This document shows, in pieces, positions 1 to 10,510 of a stretch of 64,000 nt of DNA. Position 1 is the stretch's first letter. Each line of letters starts with the position of its first letter. The notes beneath the pieces are model-generated. The model was given only the letters and a program-made list of their open reading frames with translations, was not told the origin of the DNA and made no database searches. Source of the DNA: Terriglobia bacterium (GTDB lineage: Bacteria; Acidobacteriota; Terriglobia; JAIQFV01); the NCBI GenBank assembly GCA_020072965.1, contig JAIQFY010000011.1:14925-78924 (forward strand), given 5' to 3'. A program made the position numbers and the translations under genes.

Positions 1-20
1 ATTTGAGGGTTGCAGAGAGG

Positions 21-404
21 ATGACGGTCATGAAGTGGGGCAAGCGGGCAGGAGTTCTCTTAATCAGTTTCGTATGGATGTTAGGGTTAGGTTGTGCATC
101 CAATGCCCAATGGTACAGTGAAAAGCAGATCAAGAAACTGCGCAAAAGCTCGCGTGCGGTAGTCACCCTGGCACAGGCTTCTGTGAGACTGGATGTCCAT
201 CCGAAGGGCGCGCTTGTTTATGTGGATGGCAATCTGGCCGGCACGGTACAGGATTTCAACGGCAGTAACGAACGACTTTTTCTTTTTCCCGGACGGCACA
301 CCCTTGAACTGCGCGATCCCGACTATGAGACCTTCTCGACGGATGTGAAGGTTCTCCCCGAACAGGATTTCCGTCTGAAGGTCCGCATGCACAAGCGGGA
401 GTAG
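21..404 (+). CDS. PEGA-domain lipoprotein, probable
   Basis: Signal peptide with lipobox-like LGLGC. VYVDGNLAGT is PEGA-like. The ORF frame opens at 3 with TTG, and the first ATGs are at 21 and 30. Confidence 0.5.
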   Translation: MTVMKWGKRAGVLLISFVWMLGLGCASNAQWYSEKQIKKLRKSSRAVVTLAQASVRLDVHPKGALVYVDGNLAGTVQDFNGSNERLFLFPGRHTLELRDPDYETFSTDVKVLPEQDFRLKVRMHKRE

Positions 405-583
405 GGTCCCCCACCTTTGCGGCCGCCACACCTTTCTGGGGTACGGGGTGCAGCCCGGCGAATCGCTTTGGTCGCCCGGGTCCGACAAGGCCAACGCCGA
501 GGCCAACCAACCTACGAAAATCCGGAACTCTTGTTTATAAAACAAGACCCGCTCAGGTCAGAAATACGAAGAGAAGAGCGCCG

Positions 584-1153
584 CTAGGCGGTCGAACCTC
601 GACCCGCGGCCAGCGGGGTTGTGAGTTTTGCTACAATGGCCTCGCCAAAGGCCCTTGCTGCATCGGGGTTTTCACCCGTCACCAGATTTCCATCCACCGT
701 GACCGGCTCTCCTGTATAAACGGCTCCCCCTTTTTCAAATTCACTCATGGAGTCTGCCGTCTTATAGACTGTGGCGCGGTGACCCGCGAGGACACCGGCC
801 CGCGCCAGAACGGCCCCCGAGAGGCAGATGGCCGCGGTTGTCTTACCGGAAGTCTTGGCTTCACCGAGCAGGGCATGCAACCTTCGATCTCCCCAAAGGT
901 ACTCGGGGGACCCCATGCCGCCGACCACCACGATGGCATCGAAGTCCGCCATTTTCACTTCCGAGATCAGCAGGTCTGGCTTCACTTTCGCGCCTAACAT
1001 TCCCGTGCACTCCATCTTGGAGCGGCTGGCCACTTTCACCGTGGCGCCGGCCGCTTCAAGGATCTGCCGCGGAACAAGCAGTTCTTCATCCCGAAATTGA
1101 TCGGGGGCAATCACCATGACCACCTTCTTGTCGGAGAGTTTCTTTGTGACCAT
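584..1153 (-). CDS. DJ-1/PfpI family protein (ThiJ-like glutamine amidotransferase-like fold)
   Basis: KVVMVIAPDQFRDEE...AAICLSGAVLARAGVL is a typical DJ-1/PfpI nucleophile-elbow region. Length is 189 aa. Confidence 0.85.
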   Translation of the reverse strand: MVTKKLSDKKVVMVIAPDQFRDEELLVPRQILEAAGATVKVASRSKMECTGMLGAKVKPDLLISEVKMADFDAIVVVGGMGSPEYLWGDRRLHALLGEAKTSGKTTAAICLSGAVLARAGVLAGHRATVYKTADSMSEFEKGGAVYTGEPVTVDGNLVTGENPDAARAFGEAIVAKLTTPLAAGRGSTA

Positions 1154-1282
1154 GACACCTCCTTCTTGAGCGTAACGGCATCAAGGGTTTTCATTGAACG
1201 TCAGGAGCAATGAAATTATAATCCCGGTCGCACCCCAGGACTCAACGGAAAGTCTGAACGGAGCATCGCCCTGATTCCCATC

Positions 1283-2524
1283 GTGCTGACAACCTTCTAT
1301 GTGCTCGCGATCCTGGTGGTAATCCAGGGTATCGTCTCGGTACTGGAGGGCGTGCACTACCATCGTTACATTTTGTCCACCTCGCGCCAAACCAGGGTCG
1401 ATGGGCCCCCGCCGCGGATTACAGTGGTCGTGCCTTGTAAGGGCGATGACCACGAACTGGCAGAAAATCTAAGAGCCGTCCTCCACCAGGATTCTCCGGC
1501 CTTCGAAACCATCTTCGTCACGGCTAGCGTGGATGATCCCGCCCAAACGATCTTTGAGAGACTGCGCGTCGAGTTTCCCCTGCAAATCATCAAAAGTGTG
1601 GTTGCCGGCACGAGTGACCAGCGTGGAGAGAAAGTAAATAACCTTTTGAAGGCGCTCGACCAGGCCGATCCCTCCTCAGAAGTTTTTGCCTTCGCCGATT
1701 CTGACGCCCGGCCTCCCTCCTTTTGGCTCCGTGAACTGGTCGCCCCTCTCCATGCCCCGGGAGCGGTCCCCGGCGCGGTCACGGGATATCGATGGTACCT
1801 TCCTGAACGTCGAAACCTGCCGAGTGTGCTGCGGAGTGCCTGGAACGCCGGAATTGTGACCCTGCTGGGGGCACATGACAAGAATTTCTGCTGGGGCGGC
1901 TCCACGGCTATCCGGAGACTAACTTTTGAGCGCGCTCGGGTCAGGGACTACTGGCAGCATTCCATCAGCGACGATTATTCATTGACGCAAGCCCTCCGGG
2001 AGGCCCAACTGGCTATCCGCTTTGTGCCGCAATGCCTGCTCCCCTCGAGCGGGCGTACCACCTGGCGCGAAGTCATGGAGTGGAGCACTCGCCAACTCAT
2101 CCTTACACGGATCTATTCGAATAGACTCTGGAAACTGGCCGCCGTCTCACAAACAGGCTTTACGCTTGTTGTTCTCTTGGCCATCGCGCTGTTGCCACGC
2201 GAATGGCGATTATTTTCCCCTACAAGCAGTTCTGGTCCGACCTTCTTCAACTGGATTGTCCGCCTTCCCGTGACGAGTATATTATTCATGATTTTTGTCC
2301 TTGGGTCTATTCGCGGTCTCTTCCGATGGCTTTCGGTGAGAGTCATTCTTTCGGACCATATGAAAAACCTCGACTACTTCGCCTGGGCATATATCCTGCT
2401 GCCGCCGGCAATCTCCCTCTTCAGCACATTCATTCTCTGGCGCTCGGCCATGACTCGTGTAGTGGCGTGGCGGGGCAAGGTCTACGAATTGGTCTCGTCG
2501 CGGGAAGTGAAAGTCCTGCAATGA
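1283..2524 (+). CDS. Membrane glycosyltransferase, GT2/GT21 (ceramide glucosyltransferase-like) family
   Basis: N-terminal TM helix, then ITVVVPCKGDD and D-x-D-like FADSD. C-terminal multi-TM region. Confidence 0.6.
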   Translation: MLTTFYVLAILVVIQGIVSVLEGVHYHRYILSTSRQTRVDGPPPRITVVVPCKGDDHELAENLRAVLHQDSPAFETIFVTASVDDPAQTIFERLRVEFPLQIIKSVVAGTSDQRGEKVNNLLKALDQADPSSEVFAFADSDARPPSFWLRELVAPLHAPGAVPGAVTGYRWYLPERRNLPSVLRSAWNAGIVTLLGAHDKNFCWGGSTAIRRLTFERARVRDYWQHSISDDYSLTQALREAQLAIRFVPQCLLPSSGRTTWREVMEWSTRQLILTRIYSNRLWKLAAVSQTGFTLVVLLAIALLPREWRLFSPTSSSGPTFFNWIVRLPVTSILFMIFVLGSIRGLFRWLSVRVILSDHMKNLDYFAWAYILLPPAISLFSTFILWRSAMTRVVAWRGKVYELVSSREVKVLQ

Positions 2525-2665
2525 GCACACCTCGACTCTCCGAAAGCTAACAGGGATGAGTGAGCAAATGCAGGAGGACTCGAATTTTCATTTTCCAGGT
2601 CCTCGGGTGCCTTTCTACCGGCGCTCTTCCTTGGCTTACCCTTACCGCAAGTTGAACAACGGTGG

Positions 2666-3295
2666 CTACAGCTTCCGGCACACCGCGACGCCGTCACGGA
2701 TCGGAAGAATTGTGGTGAAGAGCCTGGTTGAGGAGTAAATCAGGCGATTGAACTCCTGGATTTTTCGGGTCGATAGGTCCGGCCGAGAGCGGGCGACACG
2801 GCCACTCCAGAGGACGTTGTCGGTAATAAATAACCCTCCCTTGCGGACTCGTGGAACCGCCACTTTGAAGACATCCGGATACCAGTACTTGTCGACATCA
2901 TTGAAGATGATGTCGAAATCACCCCTCACCTGCTGGAGGAGATCCAGGGCGTTGCCGACCATCACATGGATTCTTTTTGAAACGCCGGCGCGCTTGAAAT
3001 ACCCTTCGGCTTCCTTCGCGTTCTTCGGGTTTCCGTCGGTGTAAAACACCTCGCCCCGCTCTCCCACTGCCCTCGCCAGCCACAGGGTCGAATAGCCAAT
3101 CGCGGAACCCATTTCAAAGACTCGCTTCGCGCCGGTCGCGGTCGCCAGAAGGTAGAGGACCCGAGCCACAGCCGGTCCAATAATTGGAATGGCGCGTTTC
3201 GCCGCTTCAGCTTCCATCTTCCTCAACACGACGTCCCGAGGCGGAAGCAAATCGTAGATGTAGCGTTCCACTTCGCGATTCGTAATCTCGTTCAT
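2666..3295 (-). CDS. Class I SAM-dependent O-methyltransferase (family 3, caffeoyl-CoA OMT-like)
   Basis: VFEMGSAIGYSTLWLA SAM motif I and DIIFNDVDKYWYP, typical of OMT family 3. Confidence 0.8.
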   Translation of the reverse strand: MNEITNREVERYIYDLLPPRDVVLRKMEAEAAKRAIPIIGPAVARVLYLLATATGAKRVFEMGSAIGYSTLWLARAVGERGEVFYTDGNPKNAKEAEGYFKRAGVSKRIHVMVGNALDLLQQVRGDFDIIFNDVDKYWYPDVFKVAVPRVRKGGLFITDNVLWSGRVARSRPDLSTRKIQEFNRLIYSSTRLFTTILPIRDGVAVCRKL

Positions 3296-3447
3296 CTCAG
3301 CTCCTGGTTCATGCAGGAATTTTAGAAAACCACCGCCGCAATCGCCAAACCAAAACCCGGAACGGATGACGTCAAAGGCCTTTATCCTTGAAAACTCGGG
3401 GGGGGTTCAGCGAAGGCTCTAGGTCGTTTGCGGGGGTTAACTTCCCA

Positions 3448-3951
3448 TCAATTGATCTTCCGTTTCAGCTGGTCCAGTGCCTGACGCGCCAATGCGTAAT
3501 CCGGAGCGATCTCGAGCGAGCGCTCCAGGCAGGCGCGGGCGCGTGTGTACATTTCTTTGGCAATATAGATTCGCCCGAGGTTATAGTGAGGATAATGATA
3601 GGCATCGTAGCGCTTCGCCTCGATGGCTTTTTCAAGCCACGGGACCGCCTCATCGGGACGGCCCAGATCAATCAGGTAGACGCCGATATCGTTGTAGGGA
3701 TTCCCAAAATCCGGGTCCACCCGGATGGCCTGTTTGCATTCTTCGATCGCTTCCTCGATCCGGCCCTGAAAGCTGTATGTCCAGCCCAGGAAGGTATGCG
3801 CCTCCGCCGTGGGAAAGACTTCGATGGATTCCCGGTACAGATCAACGGCTTCTTCTAAATCGCCGCTCATCTGCTTTTCATAGGCCTGTCGAAATAGCTC
3901 GACGGCCCGGACCACCTCTTCAGGATCAATTGACATAGGAGAATTCATCAT
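3448..3951 (-). CDS. TPR-repeat protein
   Basis: Repeated A..Y..A/LG..Y TPR-like helices. Probable start at the internal MMNSPMS rather than the ORF-track start. Confidence 0.65.
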   Translation of the reverse strand: MMNSPMSIDPEEVVRAVELFRQAYEKQMSGDLEEAVDLYRESIEVFPTAEAHTFLGWTYSFQGRIEEAIEECKQAIRVDPDFGNPYNDIGVYLIDLGRPDEAVPWLEKAIEAKRYDAYHYPHYNLGRIYIAKEMYTRARACLERSLEIAPDYALARQALDQLKRKIN

Positions 3952-4166
3952 ACCTGACCCCTGGCGAAAGTGGAAGAGCCCAATTCCTTGCGGACGGGTG
4001 AAGGAGATCCACCCACAGAACCCGGACTCGAGATTGAATAATTCACCAAAAGTAGTTAGAATCTGCACTCCCTTCTGGAGTGTGTGATCTGGGTTTTATC
4101 CCACAGTCCGGTCATTTCAGGAGGGGCATCTTGTTGGGTAACAAATAGAAAGGGATCCGGGAAATT

Positions 4167-4739
4167 ATGAAGCATCCATCGAGGACGGCCAGAGTTTTTC
4201 TGATGAGAATTATTCTTCTGTATGCACTCCTTCTCATGTCATTTTCCAGCGCCCGGTTGAATGCAGAGGAACCGGGTCAATCCCCCGGTGCAAAGGATGC
4301 GAAACCCGAAGCCAAACCCCTTGAGGTTTCAATCATCAATGCCCGCAAATTCAGTGAAACCCTGAAGAAACTCAAAGGTAAGATTGTTGTGATCAACATG
4401 TGGGCCACCTGGTGCGTGCCCTGCCGAAAAGAGTTCCCGATTCTCGTTCAACTGTACCAGCAATACAAATCCAGGGGGATGGAACTTCTGGCCATTTCGA
4501 ATGACGACTTCCAGAATCTTGAAGACGTTAAGGATTTTGTCAGAGAGCAGCATGCTCAATTTCCCGCGTTCATCGTCGATCCTGATGGCGCGAACGACTT
4601 GCGGGAAGCCATTTATCCGGAATGGACCGGGGGGCTGCCCTCGACGTTTTTCTTCGATCGTCACGGCGATCTGAAGGGAAAAATTTTGGGAATGCTCGAC
4701 CGCGAGGAGTTTGAGGACAGGATTAAACCCTTGCTCTGA
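4167..4739 (+). CDS. TlpA/ResA-like thiol:disulfide oxidoreductase (thioredoxin fold), secreted
   Basis: Signal peptide and WATWCVPCRKEFP (WCxPC redox motif). Confidence 0.8.
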   Translation: MKHPSRTARVFLMRIILLYALLLMSFSSARLNAEEPGQSPGAKDAKPEAKPLEVSIINARKFSETLKKLKGKIVVINMWATWCVPCRKEFPILVQLYQQYKSRGMELLAISNDDFQNLEDVKDFVREQHAQFPAFIVDPDGANDLREAIYPEWTGGLPSTFFFDRHGDLKGKILGMLDREEFEDRIKPLL

Positions 4740-4799
4740 TCGGATCAATTTGTTGCGACCTCATCCTACTCAAGAGTTTCGGAAAAAGTGCGGGGGACC

Positions 4800-5459
4800 A
4801 TGGACAGCAAAGAATTCGTGAAGGAACTTCAATCATCCAATAACAAAATCCTTGAACGGCTGCGCTCCCCTGTCGATATTCTGTCCGGGCCGGAAGCGGC
4901 GATGTCCATTCCAAGTCTTTTGAAGATCGCCCTCAAGAACGAAGTCGAGGCCACGGAGCTGGCGGCCGTCTGGATGCCGACAACTGCCAATGTGGAGGTG
5001 AAGATGGCGTTCGCGCGCCAGGTGGGCGACGAAGCCAAACATTACCGGCTCATTGAGGAGCGGCTTCATCAACTGGGAGAATCACTGGAGGGTTTTAATC
5101 CTCTCGGTCACGGATATTCGCCCCTGTTCAAGTTTTTGAGCGTGCTCCGGGACATGGTGGACCGGGTGGCAGCTGCCCAGTTCACTCGCGAGGCCATCGC
5201 CGTGGTCAAGAACGAACAGTTCATTGCCTTATGCGAGGCCAAGGGCGATCACGAAACCGCACGCCTCTATCGGGACATCATTCAGCCGGACGAAGAATTC
5301 CACCACGAGCTGGGTCGAAGGCTCCTGGAAAAGTATGCCACCACTGAAGAGCTGCAGTCGAACGCCCGTCTCAGCGCCCGTCAGACGCTGGAGTTGGCGG
5401 ATGAGCTTCAGGGACTCGCTTTCAAGCAACTCGGAATCCACCATGCGCCCGGCTGTTGA
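4800..5459 (+). CDS. Ferritin-like diiron-carboxylate protein
   Basis: Four-helix ligand pattern E..E, DEAKH (ExxH), E, DEEFHHE (ExxH). No Cys. Start chosen at MDSKEF. Confidence 0.55.
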   Translation: MDSKEFVKELQSSNNKILERLRSPVDILSGPEAAMSIPSLLKIALKNEVEATELAAVWMPTTANVEVKMAFARQVGDEAKHYRLIEERLHQLGESLEGFNPLGHGYSPLFKFLSVLRDMVDRVAAAQFTREAIAVVKNEQFIALCEAKGDHETARLYRDIIQPDEEFHHELGRRLLEKYATTEELQSNARLSARQTLELADELQGLAFKQLGIHHAPGC

Positions 5460-5486
5460 GCTGCACCCTTCTTTTATTGAACTGCC

Positions 5487-5753
5487 ATGCCTGATTTCTT
5501 TCCGGTCATTGACCAGCTTCTGAGCCAGCTGATTGAGCAGCAGCGCTGCAAAGTGATGCGCTTGGCTCACTCACTTAATTCTTCATTGACCTTTGAGGAT
5601 CTTTTGAATCCTCAGACATTCCCCGAGCTGGCTGCCAATCCCTCCTTCAACTACGAGGATGGAATCCTGGCGGGACTATTGAGTGCACAGATGGCAATGC
5701 GCGCGGAAGGCCGGCAACTGGCCTCGTCACAGGAATCCCGGAACGCAGGCTGA
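5487..5753 (+). CDS. Hypothetical small protein
   Basis: Co-directional ORF between the ferritin-like and GlcG genes. No recognisable motifs. Confidence 0.3.
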   Translation: MPDFFPVIDQLLSQLIEQQRCKVMRLAHSLNSSLTFEDLLNPQTFPELAANPSFNYEDGILAGLLSAQMAMRAEGRQLASSQESRNAG

Positions 5754-5817
5754 ATGAACTCAGCGCCCGCGGTGTGGCCTTCGCGGGGAGTCTCGAAACC
5801 TCTTTGGAAGCCTTCCC

Positions 5818-6252
5818 ATGATTACTGTTCCTAAGCTGACGCTCGATGACGTAAAGAAAATAATGGAGGCGACGGAATCGAAGGCCCGCTCGATCGGCGT
5901 GGACCTGGACATTGCCATCGTGGACGATGGTGGTCATCTACTCATGTTTGAGCGGATGGACAGCGCCAAGATCACCTCCATCCAGGTTTCCATTGACAAG
6001 GCCTTCACGGCGGCTGGAGCGCGCCGGCCCACGCATGAGTATGCCGCAGTGGCGGGCGCCGGTGGGCCCGCCTTCGGAATCCATGTCAGTCACCAGGGTC
6101 GTTTCTCCATTGTCGGGGGCGGAGTTCCCATTTTCGTGGAGGGTCGCATCGTCGGTGCCGTCGGCTGCAGTTCGGGCACGGCAGAACAGGATCGCGAGGT
6201 GGCCGAGGCAGGTATTCAGGCGTTCATGAGGGGCCTATCCCAAATGGGTTAG
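5818..6252 (+). CDS. GlcG/HbpS-like (DUF336) heme-binding protein
   Basis: LDIAIVDDGGHLLMFERMD...FTAAG...GGGVPI..GRIVGAVGCSSGT is typical of DUF336. Confidence 0.7.
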   Translation: MITVPKLTLDDVKKIMEATESKARSIGVDLDIAIVDDGGHLLMFERMDSAKITSIQVSIDKAFTAAGARRPTHEYAAVAGAGGPAFGIHVSHQGRFSIVGGGVPIFVEGRIVGAVGCSSGTAEQDREVAEAGIQAFMRGLSQMG

Positions 6253-6403
6253 TTTCGGCACCGACAATCCGAACCCAACGCAGCACTCGCGACTGCAGCT
6301 GCTGTCTTCTGTACCCCTTGGCTCATTCAAATTTCCCCCCCAGTCAAAAAATAATTCCGCTATAATGACCTTCTTTTACAAACTGTAGAGACGATCATCC
6401 TTC

Positions 6404-7612
6404 ATGACGAAGAGAACTGCTCTTCACGGGATTGAAAAAACACTGGGCGCGGCTTTTGGAATCCGCTCCACGCCAGGACCGGAGGGCCCCGAAGGGGCCT
6501 GGGAAATCGCATCCGTCTACTCGACGGTCGACGATGAATATGCCGCGGTCCGGGAGGGGATTGGATTCTTCGACTTCTCCCACCGAGGAAAAATCCGGGT
6601 GAAGGGCCCCGACAGCCTCAAGTACCTGCACGGGCAGGTTACCAACGAGATCAAGAAACTGCCCCTTCATGCCGGTTGTTATGCCTTGGCATTGACCCAC
6701 AAAGGGGCCGTGATCGGAGACTTGAATATCTACCGGACAGGCGTCGAAGAACTCCTGATCGATACTTCTGAGTATTGTACTCACCAGGTGTTTGATCAAC
6801 TGCTGCGGTTCGCGATCTCCGATGACGTGGAGATAGAAAACGTCGGTGAGAGCATCTGCCACCTCGCCATCCATGGACCGGGCACAATCCGTTTTTTCCT
6901 CGAACAGTTGCACCCTCCGGAGGCCGAGAGGGTATCGCCGTCGAACTCCATTCAAGAGTCCACCCTGGACTCCAGCCACCTCCTCGTCGTTCGGCAAGGC
7001 TATGACAAGGGGGTGGGATGGACCGGAGAGATTGGCTTCGATCTCTTCCTGGAGGGACAAGACCCCGGGAAACTGTGGAATGCAATCCTCCAAAAAGGAA
7101 AACCGTATGGCATGAAATGCGTCGGTATGAAAGCCTTCAACACCTTGCGCCTGGAAGCCGGAGTCCCGCTTTACGGATTGGATATGAGTGAGGACAATCT
7201 CCCCCAGGAGGTGCTTGCTTCCGAGGACGACTTTCGGCGGGCCATTTCCACCGACAAGGGGTGTTATATCGGTCAGGAAGTCGTCGCACGCCTTGTTTCA
7301 CGCGGACATGTAAATCGTGTTCTGGCTGGACTGATATTGAATGACACCAACGAACCACGGAGGCGTTCCCCCCTTTTTGACGGTGGTAAAGCGGTGGGTG
7401 AGTTAACCAGCACTGCCTGGTCTCCTTCTCTGAAGAAAATAGTGGCCCTCGGGTATGTTCCTTTCCTCCGGGAGGAACCGGACTATGAATTCTCAGTCGG
7501 CGAGCCAAATTCGACGGTTCAGGCAAGGGTGGTCCCCCTTCCCTTTTATACGACAAGACACCTAGACGGAGAGGAGCTTCCCAGATTGAATTGGACGACC
7601 GAGGCGCATTGA
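6404..7612 (+). CDS. Aminomethyltransferase (GcvT/YgfZ) family folate-binding protein
   Basis: N-terminal GIGFFDFSHRGKIRVKGPDSLKYLHG resembles the GcvT family. Length 402 aa. Confidence 0.75.
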   Translation: MTKRTALHGIEKTLGAAFGIRSTPGPEGPEGAWEIASVYSTVDDEYAAVREGIGFFDFSHRGKIRVKGPDSLKYLHGQVTNEIKKLPLHAGCYALALTHKGAVIGDLNIYRTGVEELLIDTSEYCTHQVFDQLLRFAISDDVEIENVGESICHLAIHGPGTIRFFLEQLHPPEAERVSPSNSIQESTLDSSHLLVVRQGYDKGVGWTGEIGFDLFLEGQDPGKLWNAILQKGKPYGMKCVGMKAFNTLRLEAGVPLYGLDMSEDNLPQEVLASEDDFRRAISTDKGCYIGQEVVARLVSRGHVNRVLAGLILNDTNEPRRRSPLFDGGKAVGELTSTAWSPSLKKIVALGYVPFLREEPDYEFSVGEPNSTVQARVVPLPFYTTRHLDGEELPRLNWTTEAH

Positions 7613-7695
7613 GACTCGCTCGGATTCCCGGAGGCTTTGACGATCACAATCTCATCCGCGTTCACCCGGGTTTGCCCTTGCTCACAAACTGACTC

Positions 7696-8886
7696 ATGAG
7701 ACAAAAATCTTCCCTGTTCACGATCTTTCTCATCGTTTTTATTGACCTGCTTGGCTTCGGCATTGTGGTCCCCTATCTCCCTTCATATGCGGTCGAGAAA
7801 TTTAAGGCGACAAATTTTGAAGTTGGCTTGCTCATGGCAAGTTTTTCGTTCATGCAGTTCATTTTTGCTCCGATCTGGGGCGGTCTGTCGGATCGCAAAG
7901 GGCGTCGTCCCATTTTGATCATGAGCCTGGCGGGCGCCAGCCTCTCCTATTGGATTCTGGGTATTGCAAACACTTTGCCCCTCCTTTTTTTCTCCCGCCT
8001 CCTCTCCGGAACGGCTGCAGCCAACATTTCAACGGCACAAGCCTATGTGAGTGACATCACAACCCCGGAGAATCGCGCCAAAGGGATGGGAATGATCGGC
8101 GCCGCGTTCGGGCTTGGGTTTATTTTCGGTCCGGCCATTGGCGGAGGGCTCAGCCATGTGAACTACGCGCTTCCGGCCTACTTCGGATGCGGGCTTTCAG
8201 CACTCGCCATGGTGATGGCTGTGTTTCTGCTCCCCGAATCGCTCCAGCCTTCCCGCGAAAGGGTCACTAGGGGACGCCAGATTGGTCCCCGCGCCATCTT
8301 GAAAGCATTCACTCATCCCCACCTGAGCCTCCTCTTTGTTATTTTCTTTATATTCACGTTCTCCTTTTCTTGTTACGAAACGACCTTCCCACTGGTGGGT
8401 CTCAAGAAATTTGGCTTTCACCCGGCACAGATTGGACTCTGGTTCGCTTATGTGGGCGTGGTGACCGCAGGAATTCAGGGTGGCCTCATTGGCCGGCTGG
8501 CAAAGAGATATGGCGAGCGCAAGCTGATTATCCTGGGTGTTGTGCTGACCATCATCGGGATTGTTTTTATTCCCTATTCCCCGTCGATGATGATCCTGGG
8601 AGCGGTTCTTCTCTCACTCGGCATCGGAGCAGGCATCACCAATCCCTCTCTCTCCAGCTTTATTTCGCTCTCGACCGAAGCCACGGAACAGGGCAGTGTC
8701 CTGGGGATGTCGCAATCTCTGTCGAGCCTCGCGAGAATCCTGGGGCCGATCTGGGGTGGCTTCGGTATGCAACACTGGGGATTTGGATTCCCTTATCTTA
8801 CTTGTGGCGGGTTGCTGGCTCTGGCGTTGCTTTCGGGACTGCGGCTCCTCAATGCACGCGTTGTCGTTGATCAGCCGATCGCATAG
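7696..8886 (+). CDS. MFS transporter (drug:H+ antiporter-like)
   Basis: 12-TM profile and GGLSDRKGRRPILI (MFS motif A). Confidence 0.85.
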   Translation: MRQKSSLFTIFLIVFIDLLGFGIVVPYLPSYAVEKFKATNFEVGLLMASFSFMQFIFAPIWGGLSDRKGRRPILIMSLAGASLSYWILGIANTLPLLFFSRLLSGTAAANISTAQAYVSDITTPENRAKGMGMIGAAFGLGFIFGPAIGGGLSHVNYALPAYFGCGLSALAMVMAVFLLPESLQPSRERVTRGRQIGPRAILKAFTHPHLSLLFVIFFIFTFSFSCYETTFPLVGLKKFGFHPAQIGLWFAYVGVVTAGIQGGLIGRLAKRYGERKLIILGVVLTIIGIVFIPYSPSMMILGAVLLSLGIGAGITNPSLSSFISLSTEATEQGSVLGMSQSLSSLARILGPIWGGFGMQHWGFGFPYLTCGGLLALALLSGLRLLNARVVVDQPIA

Positions 8887-8981
8887 CCCAGTTTGACGAT
8901 ACCCCGAATCTTTCTCAGGACCATTCCGATGAGGATGAGCTCGCACCTCATACTTAATCGATTGGCTCATGGAGTTAACTG

Positions 8982-9914
8982 ATGCCTCTACCGGTTATCC
9001 TTGATTGCGACCCCGGACACGATGATGCCGTAGCCATTTTGCTGGCCTGCGCATCCCCCGAACTGGACGTGCTGGGTATTTCGACTGTGGCCGGGAATGT
9101 TCCCCTTGAAAAAACCTCAAAGAACGCCCTCAAGATCTGTGAGCTCGCCAAGCTTGATCATGTCAGGGTATATGCCGGCATGTCGCGCCCCCTGGTGAAG
9201 GAATTGCTGACCGCCGAGGAGGTACACGGAAAGAGCGGGCTCGATGGACCGGACTTGCCGGTCCCGAAGCGCCGCTTGGAGCCGAAACACAGCGTCGACT
9301 TCATCACCGAAGAATTATTGAGTCACAAGGAGCCTATCACCCTGATTCCCACAGGACCCTTAACCAATATTGCGATGGCGCTGGTCAGAGAACCCCGCAT
9401 CCGAAACCACATTCGGGAGATTGTCTTGATGGGGGGAGCGATCGCCGAAGGGAACACCACCCCCGCGGCGGAGTTCAACATCTACGTCGACCCTCACGCG
9501 GCAGATATCGTATTCCGCAGTGGTGTTCCTGTGACGATGATCGGGCTGGATGTGACCCATCAAGCGCTTGTGCTTCCCGACCGGTTGCAGCGGATCCGCG
9601 ATCTGGGATCCCACACCGCCCTCGTGGTGGCCGGGTTGATTGAGTTCTTCCAGGAGCACCATCGTGTCAAGTATGGCATGGCTGGGCCGCCGCTCCATGA
9701 TCCCTGTGCCGTGGCTGCGGTCGTGGATCGGACCCTTTTTCAGTTCAAGAAAATGCATGTGGCGATCGAATTGGAGGGGAGATTGACCCAGGGCCGGACC
9801 GTCTGTGACTTGTGGAACGTTACCGGAAATCCCGTAAATTCAGAGGTCGCGCTCTCGATCGACGCACCCCGGTTTTTCGATCTGCTGATTTCCCGCCTGG
9901 CGAAGTATCCCTAG
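8982..9914 (+). CDS. Inosine-uridine preferring nucleoside hydrolase family protein
   Basis: N-terminal DCDPGHDD (DXDXXXDD) Ca-binding signature. Length 310 aa. Confidence 0.9.
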   Translation: MPLPVILDCDPGHDDAVAILLACASPELDVLGISTVAGNVPLEKTSKNALKICELAKLDHVRVYAGMSRPLVKELLTAEEVHGKSGLDGPDLPVPKRRLEPKHSVDFITEELLSHKEPITLIPTGPLTNIAMALVREPRIRNHIREIVLMGGAIAEGNTTPAAEFNIYVDPHAADIVFRSGVPVTMIGLDVTHQALVLPDRLQRIRDLGSHTALVVAGLIEFFQEHHRVKYGMAGPPLHDPCAVAAVVDRTLFQFKKMHVAIELEGRLTQGRTVCDLWNVTGNPVNSEVALSIDAPRFFDLLISRLAKYP

Positions 9915-10075
9915 ACCCTGAAAATACACCTGCCGAAGGCACAGCCGATGCCAACATTCCCTCTGAATGACATCCCATGACTTCCAAACTACCCTTGCCC
10001 TCGGAGCTGCTCCGCGAGGTTTCCGAATCTTTGCGGATCATGCTATAATCCGCCTCTTTTCTGTAGCTTTCTGCC

Positions 10076-10360
10076 ATGAGTGATCACGACCAGAACAACA
10101 AGGAATCGCAGCCCGGGAACCGACGCGAATTCCTGAGGCGGTTTCTGAAGAAGGGCGCTCCCCTTATCGTAGGGGCGGTGACAAAACCGCTCACGAATCT
10201 CCCGGGAGTTACCCCGCCTAAATTCGCCCCTGATGCGGAGAGTCCGGCTGTCCGCGCAGCGGTTGAAGCGGAGCATATTTCTGAAGAACTGAAAAAAGAA
10301 TTCGAACGTACGCATGAAGAGTTCATCCAAAACAATCCGGACTTCCTTGAGAAGCCGTGA
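10076..10360 (+). CDS. Hypothetical small protein with Tat-like RREFLRR motif
   Basis: RREFLRRFLKKGAPLIVGAV resembles a twin-arginine leader. No other homology recognised. Confidence 0.3.
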   Translation: MSDHDQNNKESQPGNRREFLRRFLKKGAPLIVGAVTKPLTNLPGVTPPKFAPDAESPAVRAAVEAEHISEELKKEFERTHEEFIQNNPDFLEKP

Positions 10361-10418
10361 TCATGATCAGGGATGAAGATCGCTTGAATTTGAAGCAAAA
10401 CAGTCAGGACAAGAAGGC

Positions 10419-10470
10419 AAACGACTAAAGTCGTTACTACAGCCTGGTAAACGACTGAAGACGTTACGAC
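10419..10470. repeat. Two tandem copies of a 21-nt palindromic motif AACGACTrAAGwCGTTACkAC (arms AACGACT/AGTCGTT)
   Basis: Copies at 10419-10440 and 10449-10470, about 40 bp upstream of the DHH gene start. A third copy lies downstream at 11489-11509. Confidence 0.7.
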
Positions 10471-10510
10471 AGGCTGATGGACGAATAAAGGCGGGCTCTA
10501 CGACCGGCAT

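Noticed and set aside
87-545. Antisense ORFs overlapping confident genes. Examples: 87-545(-), 745-939(-), 1366-1905(-), 17932-18399(+), 18132-18833(+), 19122-19673(+), 35951-36427(-), 37370-38017(-), 38721-39560(-), 40321-41166(-), 46232-46840(-), 47769-48236(-), 53996-54199(-), 57701-58741(-).
   Set aside because: Each lies inside and opposite (or out of frame) to a longer ORF with clear family motifs. High GC generates long spurious open frames. None carries recognisable motifs.
6361-6366. Perfect TATAAT hexamer upstream of the GcvT-family gene as a sigma70 -10 box.
   Set aside because: No convincing -35 element at 16-18 bp spacing. A lone hexamer in a 150-bp spacer is insufficient.
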